A stretch of 33,029 nt of DNA from Octopus bimaculoides (Eukaryota), in the NCBI RefSeq assembly GCF_001194135.2, contig NC_068983.1, forward strand, positions 85,252,172-85,285,200. The letters run 5' to 3'. Positions 25,545-33,029 of the stretch are shown piece after piece. How positions within the stretch are numbered: the first letter of the stretch is position 1; each line of letters begins with the position of its first letter. The notes below the pieces were generated by a model. It searched no databases and was not told the DNA's origin. It was given only the letters and a program-made list of their open reading frames with translations. The position numbers were made by a program, and so were the translations under genes.

Positions 25545-26410
25545 TAATAACAACAACTAACACAAGGTCTCAAGGCATCAAATTATAATAAAAAGTTACA
25601 TAAACACTTGAAGAAATGCCCGATATATTAAATACCAGTGATGATTCAAATTAAGAACAAAATGACATAACTAAACTAAATATCGCATGTCTCTATGGTT
25701 TCAAGTCAACATAAATAGTTATTATAATTAGGTAGAAAAGTGTCACAATGAAATGCTTTTACAGTATTTTGTTTCAACCTTTTATGCTGTAAGCTCAAAT
25801 TTCTATGGAGCTGATTTGTCCTTCATCTCTCAATGACTGTGGTATTTATTCAATCAACATCTTCGTTAGAAAACTTGCTCAGATGTCTCATCAAAAACAA
25901 ATTTATATTATATAGATACATATGTATCTCTTTTTAATAGAGTTCTTGCACTCAAGCTACATGCTTATATATGTGTACACATGTGCGTGCGGATTCATAC
26001 ACACACTCTTGTATAAGGATACACATAAATGCTATCTATACATCAGGTTCTGGATAAAATCTTAACACTCTGTTACCTACCCACTAGGAGCTAATTTCAC
26101 AAACTAATTATGGAACTTGGCTAACAATTTTCCCAATTTTTCCAGCTAACTAATGCAGTTGTTTAACCCAGAGTCAGTCATAACCTTTATTCCTTTTCTT
26201 AAACACTACTTCACAAATATCTCCTTTGTTTTCTTCTTTATCTTAGCATTGTTTTATGATTGATTATCACATGGGTTTGGTGGTCAGCTGTTTTTGTTTA
26301 GCTCCAACTCAGTGTTGACTGAGTAGATCAGTGGTCATAAGTATTCCAACCAATTCAGCCATCATTTTGACAGGCTTATTGTACATGATCTGATACAGCC
26401 TGACTTCATT

Positions 26411-26637
26411 AATCTTTTTGATACCAATCTATTGGCAACTGACTCCTGAATCTATGATACAAATTCCCTGTTTTAAACTGACCTAAGTTAAAACCTTCCA
26501 TCAGAGTTTTATAATTTATGTTCCAAATACCAGATTAATTAATGGCAGAGTTACATTACTAAATTTTTCCATATTTATAAAAACTAACTGAATCAAAGAC
26601 AGTGTTTTCCAACCAAAATATGATAACGAAAGATATA
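26411..26637. mobile_element. Second copy, in opposite orientation, of the MITE-like repeat at 6155-6392
   Basis: Ends ttaatctttttgatacc ... gataacgaaagatataa; internal similarity to 6155-6392. Confidence 0.55.
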
Positions 26638-28437
26638 ATTATATAGAGTGATTCATGGGAGATTTAGCTGTTGTTTTTAGCAAGTTGAGGAACAACAGAG
26701 AAACTCCTTCATTAATTTGCTGGTTGAATGGATGGTTTCCAAGTTTCATAGTTTCAGGCATTTCACATGAGTCATTACAGCACGTGTTTTGTGGCTTTAA
26801 TGCCTTTTCCAGAATCAATCACTGATAATGCCCACATACATGCACGTACAAATGTTTTTCATCTCAGCAACGAGAAACAAAGAATACAAAGGCAATGGAC
26901 TGTTGCCAACAGGCATCACACATTTACTGATAAATTTGATTAAACCTACAGATATGCAATCAAACAACTCTGCCTTTATAAAAATTAAAATCAGCATCTC
27001 TGTAAATTGCTGAACAAGTGTGGGCAGTGGCATCAAGAAAATGAGGTATCAAGAATATGATAATGGAAGAATAGAAGCAAAAACAGTTTACTACAAATTC
27101 ATCCATTGCTTGATACCTTTAAGTATGATTAATAATGAATTAAGGTTGATTAAAATTGACAATGAATGTTTACAAAGATAATGAATGGATATATCAATGA
27201 TGAAAGGTTACACCTGATAAAGGACTGGAGAAAGATGAAGACTGATGCAACATGATGGATTAGAAATAATGATTAATAGTTGCTGGCAATTAATAAGTGA
27301 TATAATGATGATATTGGATAATGGTTGATGACACTTGTTTGAATCTATGTTCTAATTCAGAAAAATCTTTTACTTTCATTACATACATTTCTATAAAGTA
27401 TGGTGTAAATCAGATTAATTAATTACCAATCACAGCTTTTATTTAATGTTCAAGTTAGTCAGAAGATGAAAGGCAGTGGTTGGTTGGTTGGTTGGTTGGT
27501 AGGCCATGACCTGTAAAAGCGCTGTTGAAACTTGGTAATATTAATTCAATATCTAGCCTGAACATCTTCAGGTCCAATATCTGCACAGAAAACTTTGCTA
27601 TGATTACTTTCTACATAGCCACAGAGTGAACTTTGCTAAAGGTAGCCAATGACCAGGTGAGGGTTTTAACTAAAGATAGCATGTAAAGAGCCTACCAACT
27701 AGAGATATTTTATCAGATCTGATTAACCAACAAAATGCTTAGCAGAATAAGTTACTGTGAAAGAACACAATGACAATTTGCAAATTCTAACAAATCTGCA
27801 TTATGTCAATGGACTAACTGTCTTACAACATTTAGTGTTGTCTATTTGCTTATTGAATTCAAATTGGATCAACTTTACTGATACATACTTAAAATGTATA
27901 TATGTTGAAAGCCTCACTAAACAGCAGTATTCATCTTGAGAAAATATCTCTTATAGCCATATCGAGTCAAAAGCAGAAGAATTGCAACAACTGGTAAAGG
28001 TTGCCCAGCACTGGTGGTGAAATTGCTGGATTCAGGCTTCACCACCAAATATCCATGTCAGCTCATGTCAACATTGACCACTAGCTGATAGAGTTAAAAC
28101 ACTGATTGAAAGGTCACTGATATTGCATTTAACTGCCAGGTTGAACAAACATTCATTATTAGTGACAGAACTAGAATTACTTCAAACTTAGTGATCTGTA
28201 TACATATTTAAAGTGTACATATGCTAAAAGCCTTTTAAATAGCAGGTATCCATCTTGAGAAAGTATCTCATAGATGTATAGTGTTAAAAACATGTCCTCC
28301 TACACTGATAAAAATTAAACAGCAGTCATGTATTAGTGTCAACTTTACAAATGTGTGAAGTTGTGGTACTGTGAGAAATCATAATCCCTACTGTGTTGTC
28401 GTGGTTTATCATTAATTAATTTAATATACTAACATAC

Positions 28438-28482
28438 CAAAACACATTCTTCTAAATCCATTCGCTCCAGCATGTGACAACT
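28438..28482 (-). CDS. FBXL20: FBXL20/FBXL2-like exon: SCHMLERMDLEECVL
   Basis: Acceptor ttttctatctttttcag, donor gtatgt; 45 nt, phase 0/0. Matches NCHELEKMDLEECVQ. Confidence 0.95.
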
Positions 28483-29030
28483 CTGAAAAAGATAGAAAAA
28501 AAAAAACAAGACAATAAATAAAACCATAATCTTAATAAAATTTCTATACTTCATATTGAGTTACAGTTTTGTTTATTTGTTTCTCTTTTTGTTTGTGAAT
28601 AAATACACACATATATGTATTTACTTGCCTGAAGATCCTGTGTGCTTTCAGGTAAAGCTCAGAGCAGCAAGAGGTTGACTCAACCCAAATAAAATATTAA
28701 TCCCCACCATGTTACTGAATTTGCAATTTTCCGATAGTTAATACTAAACGGATATTTCCTCCTATTTGTTAGAAGGCGCATGCACTTACACACAGATATA
28801 TACACACACATGAAAATGTATATACCTATGTGCAGCCAAATGCCCTTCCTATTGCCAACCACCTCTTGTTTCCAAGTGAGATAATATTTTCTTTCCTATC
28901 TGTTAGGAAATGTGTGTGTCTATGTTGGGAATAGAAATTTCCCTTATGAATTTTTTTACACACTGGCTTCCTGATAAAATTCTTGTAAAAGATTTTTATC
29001 CCTTTTTGAATTTATATTATATATATATGT

Positions 29031-29253
29031 TAATTCTCTAAATGAAGTATTAACAGTAACTGCACGATAAAGTGTAGTATATTGCCACTTAAGTGTGGCT
29101 GACCCCTAGGGGTGGATGTTACTGTTGCTTTTAGCCCCAGGAGGACATCTCCTCCAGCTGGCTTATCGACACACTACTGTGTCCTGTTTGCCAAGGGAAG
29201 TTATCCCTCTCACCATGACCTGTAGCACGAACGGACCCGGGTTTCAGGGTTAT
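29031..29253. repeat. GC-richer probable transposon fragment running into a gap
   Basis: Abrupt composition change after a (TA)n tract; palindromic acccctaggggt; no recognisable coding frame. Confidence 0.35.
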
Positions 29254-30405
29254 NNNNNNNNNNNNNNNNNNNNNNNNNNNNNNNNNNNNNNNNNNNNNNN
29301 NNNNNNNNNNNNNNNNNNNNNNNNNNNNNNNNNNNNNNNNNNNNNNNNNNNNNNNNNNNNNNNNNNNNNNNNNNNNNNNNNNNNNNNNNNNNNNNNNNNN
29401 NNNNNNNNNNNNNNNNNNNNNNNNNNNNNNNNNNNNNNNNNNNNNNNNNNNNNNNNNNNNNNNNNNNNNNNNNNNNNNNNNNNNNNNNNNNNNNNNNNNN
29501 NNNNNNNNNNNNNNNNNNNNNNNNNNNNNNNNNNNNNNNNNNNNNNNNNNNNNNNNNNNNNNNNNNNNNNNNNNNNNNNNNNNNNNNNNNNNNNNNNNNN
29601 NNNNNNNNNNNNNNNNNNNNNNNNNNNNNNNNNNNNNNNNNNNNNNNNNNNNNNNNNNNNNNNNNNNNNNNNNNNNNNNNNNNNNNNNNNNNNNNNNNNN
29701 NNNNNNNNNNNNNNNNNNNNNNNNNNNNNNNNNNNNNNNNNNNNNNNNNNNNNNNNNNNNNNNNNNNNNNNNNNNNNNNNNNNNNNNNNNNNNNNNNNNN
29801 NNNNNNNNNNNNNNNNNNNNNNNNNNNNNNNNNNNNNNNNNNNNNNNNNNNNNNNNNNNNNNNNNNNNNNNNNNNNNNNNNNNNNNNNNNNNNNNNNNNN
29901 NNNNNNNNNNNNNNNNNNNNNNNNNNNNNNNNNNNNNNNNNNNNNNNNNNNNNNNNNNNNNNNNNNNNNNNNNNNNNNNNNNNNNNNNNNNNNNNNNNNN
30001 NNNNNNNNGTTGGGAATAGAAATTTCCCTTATGAATTTTTTTACACACTGGCTTCCTGATAAAATTCTTGTAAAAGATTTTTATCCCTTTTTGAATTTAT
30101 ATTATATATATATGTATATATTCCTTTTTCAGATATTGCTAGTAATTGATCGAGTCACTGCTATAATCGGTGTTTCAACAGTTACTGATCCCCCCACCTC
30201 CAAAAGTGTCTCTGCAGTGGTCTCATGAAACTCTTTCCAGAATTCCTCATGAGAAGTGTGTGAGGGTGGCCATGTCTCAAGCTCATGCATGTATGCATAT
30301 TCGCAGTGCTGCCTCTAAGTAATGTATTATATGTGCAGTTTCTTTTTTTTTTTCATAATACATGAGCATGTTATCAAAAATGAACCTACACACATCCAGA
30401 TGTAG

Positions 30406-30552
30406 CTAAATGATATACTGATTGCCAACCTCCAGCCTGTTGTTAATTTGGGGCCCTAGTCTGTTTATGAGAATAGCTTCCTTAATTCTTAGATAACCCA
30501 AATTTCTTCCATTGGCCTCAAATGTGACAGTTATGCTTTTGTCAGTGTTCCT
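30406..30552 (-). pseudogene. PLE GIY-YIG endonuclease, C-terminal half: RNTDKSITVTFEANGRNLGYLRIKEAILINRLGPQINNRLEVGNQYII*
   Basis: L.IKEAI.I...P.IN is the typical C-terminal motif of PLE GIY-YIG domains. Confidence 0.8.
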
Positions 30553-30555
30553 AGC

Positions 30556-30747
30556 TAACTGCCCCATCCGTGACACAGATTTATGCCAACGGGTAAATGT
30601 TGTGTATAGAATACAATGTAACAAATGCAACAAGTTCTATGTGGGTAGAACAACAAGACCATTACATGTCTGCATCAAAGAACATCTGAACGCGAGAGCC
30701 TCCTCCTTCAGAAAACATCTAGACAGATGCAGGAACACTGACAAAAG
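30556..30747 (+). pseudogene. PLE GIY-YIG endonuclease, N-terminal half: CPIRDTDLCQRVNVVYRIQCNKCNKFYVGRTTRPLHVCIKEHLNARASSFRKHLDRCRNTDK
   Basis: VVY..C..C...YVG.T.R.L...EH is the PLE-type GIY-YIG signature with CCHH-type Zn residues. Confidence 0.85.
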
Positions 30748-31999
30748 AAACTGTACATATAATACATAACTTAGAGACAGCACTGCAGATGTGCCAACAC
30801 ACGAGCTTGAGACATGGCTACCCTCATGCACTTCTCATGAGGAATTCTTGAAGGAGCTTCACGAGACCACTGCAGAGACACTTCCAGGAAAAAAAAACAA
30901 AAACACTCAGTAACCATTGGAAAACCGATTATAGCAGTGATTCGATCAATTCCTAGNNNNNNNNNNNNNNNNNNNNNNNNNNNNNNNNNNNNNNNNNNNN
31001 NNNNNNNNNNNNNNNNNNNNNNNNNNNNNNNNNNNNNNNNNNNNNNNNNNNNNNNNNNNNNNNNNNNNNNNNNNNNNNNNNNNNNNNNNNNNNNNNNNNN
31101 NNNNNNNNNNNNNNNNNNNNNNNNNNNNNNNNNNNNNNNNNNNNNNNNNNNNNNNNNNNNNNNNNNNNNNNNNNNNNNNNNNNNNNNNNNNNNNNNNNNN
31201 NNNNNNNNNNNNNNNNNNNNNNNNNNNNNNNNNNNNNNNNNNNNNNNNNNNNNNNNNNNNNNNNNNNNNNNNNNNNNNNNNNNNNNNNNNNNNNNNNNNN
31301 NNNNNNNNNNNNNNNNNNNNNNNNNNNNNNNNNNNNNNNNNNNNNNNNNNNNNNNNNNNNNNNNNNNNNNNNNNNNNNNNNNNNNNNNNNNNNNNNNNNN
31401 NNNNNNNNNNNNNNNNNNNNNNNNNNNNNNNNNNNNNNNNNNNNNNNNNNNNNNNNNNNNNNNNNNNNNNNNNNNNNNNNNNNNNNNNNNNNNNNNNNNN
31501 NNNNNNNNNNNNNNNNNNNNNNNNNNNNNNNNNNNNNNNNNNNNNNNNNNNNNNNNNNNNNNNNNNNNNNNNNNNNNNNNNNNNNNNNNNNNNNNNNNNN
31601 NNNNNNNNNNNNNNNNNNNNNNNNNNNNNNNNNNNNNNNNNNNNNNNNNNNNNNNNNNNNNNNNNNNNNNNNNNNNNNNNNNNNNNNNNNNNNNNNNNNN
31701 NNNNNNNNNNNNNNNNNNNNNNNNNNNNNNNNNNNNNNNNNNNNNNNNNNNNNNNNNNNNNNNNNNNNNNNNNNNNNNNNNNNNNNNNNNNNNNNNNNNN
31801 NNNNNNNNNNNNNNNNNNNNNGTTTTGCGTTTATGTGATTACTCGTGTACACACACTCACACACACACACACACACCTATACACATACACATTTATATAT
31901 ATATATAAACATACATTCAATATATATATATATACACACACACACATACGACATGACAAAAATAAATGAATACAATAAGAAAATAAAAATGCCAGTTAC

Positions 32000-32060
32000 C
32001 CTAGCTAAAGCTTGGAAACCACTGTCTGTGAACTGCGAGCAACTTGCTACCTCTAAGGTC
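32000..32060 (-). CDS. FBXL20: FBXL20/FBXL2-like exon: (R)TLEVASCSQFTDSGFQALAR; upstream exons, including the F-box, not identified in this window
   Basis: Acceptor ctacctttcccttcag, donor gtaact; 61 nt (1+60). Matches ILEVARCSQLTDVGFTTLAR. Confidence 0.95.
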
Positions 32061-32996
32061 CTGAAGGGAAAGGTAGGAGTGAAGAAATTTAATACAATTC
32101 TCAATAACCATCATGATAAAAACTAAAATCATTTTTCACTGACGTTTTTAAAGAAGATAATGAAGACAAAAACACAAACTGGGTGAAATACACTGATTCA
32201 AAGATTAGGGTTTAATATATAACATATAAGCAGGATTTTGTTTTGGGCTTTATGTGATGGGTTCAAATCTCATCAAGATTAATTTTTGCTTTTTATCCTT
32301 TTCAGAGCAAAATAAAGTACCAGTGAAGTCAGGTTGATTTAAAAAGATTATGCCCACTTCACAGGTCAGCTGCAGAGCATGCTGACAGAGCAGGACACTC
32401 CTAGCTCAGCTGTAGACCTTAAAATGAACTGCATGCAAACAAAATATATGCACATCAAAAACATAGCACAAGGTCAAATAGAGGTGGGAAGAGGTAAAAA
32501 AAAATCAAAGAGGTAAAGGGGTACCTCTACCTCTGGTATGCAGTGAATATGTGCTGAAACATGGATGCTAAAATCTCATGAAGAATAAGGGCTGAACTTG
32601 TCACAAGGTTCGCAAACAACAGGTGCACCTGTTTAGTTGTTGACTGGTACCCCAAAAATAAGAAAAAGCCCACAACAATGGAAAGACAATTTAGTTAAAT
32701 GATTTGGCATAGAAGGGAAAGAAAGGTACAATAAAAAAAGAATTGGAAGTGCATTGTGACCAGTGGAGTATAACAGCATCCAGTAGTCTGGTCAATATAG
32801 TGATACATCCTGACCATCATTGTTGGCATGGGCTGGATGGTCTGACCAGAGCTGGCAAGCTGAGGAGCTGCACCAGACTCCAGTCTGGTTTAGCAAGGTT
32901 TTTACAGCTGGATGCCCTTCCTAATGCTAACCACTTTACAGAATGTGCTGGGTGCTTTTACATGGTACTGCATGGGCACTTTTACATGATACAGTG

Positions 32997-33029
<33 letters not shown>

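Larger units (their letters stand above)
30139..30956. mobile_element. Fold-back element with ~200-bp imperfect inverted arms (30139-30346 / 30744-30956), right end hidden by a gap
   Basis: Left CTAGTAATTGATCGAGTCACTGCTATAATCGG...TATGTGCAGTTTCTTTT is the reverse complement of right AAAAGAAACTGTACATAT...CCGATTATAGCAGTGATTCGATCAATTCCTAG. Roughly four in five bases match by eye. Confidence 0.8.

Noticed and set aside
30222-30256. Hairpin TCTCATGAGGAATTCTGGAAAGAGTTTCATGAGA in the fold-back arms as a hammerhead ribozyme or SECIS element
   Set aside because: CTCATGA lacks the essential G of CUGANGA and there is no proper stem II. The 3' arm is too short for a canonical SECIS helix II, and the right-arm copy has lost the AAA and the second TGA.

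Overview
AT-rich animal genomic DNA, dense in microsatellites and SINEs, with five assembly gaps. The repeat families resemble those I recognise from octopus/coleoid cephalopod genomes; this assignment is an inference. The only clear host gene is the 3' part of an FBXL20/FBXL2-family gene (F-box/LRR protein) on the minus strand. It has five GT-AG coding exons (32000-32060, 28438-28482, 25230-25286, 22999-23211, 21449-21556) that splice in frame to about 160 aa of LRRs ending in the prenylation motif CRCCVIL*. The ORF track largely misses these exons. The rest of the window is intron, 3' UTR or intergenic DNA. It contains two Penelope-like retroelement fragments (pre-RT region at 1-270; GIY-YIG endonuclease at 30406-30747), several SINE families, MITEs and simple repeats. 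The most unusual structure is a fold-back element with ~200-bp inverted arms (30139-30956). It encloses a GIY-YIG coding fragment split into two oppositely oriented halves, with a 17-bp inverted junction duplication and a poly(A)-like tract. I found no convincing new multi-gene system. Most ORF-track entries are microsatellite or N-gap artefacts.
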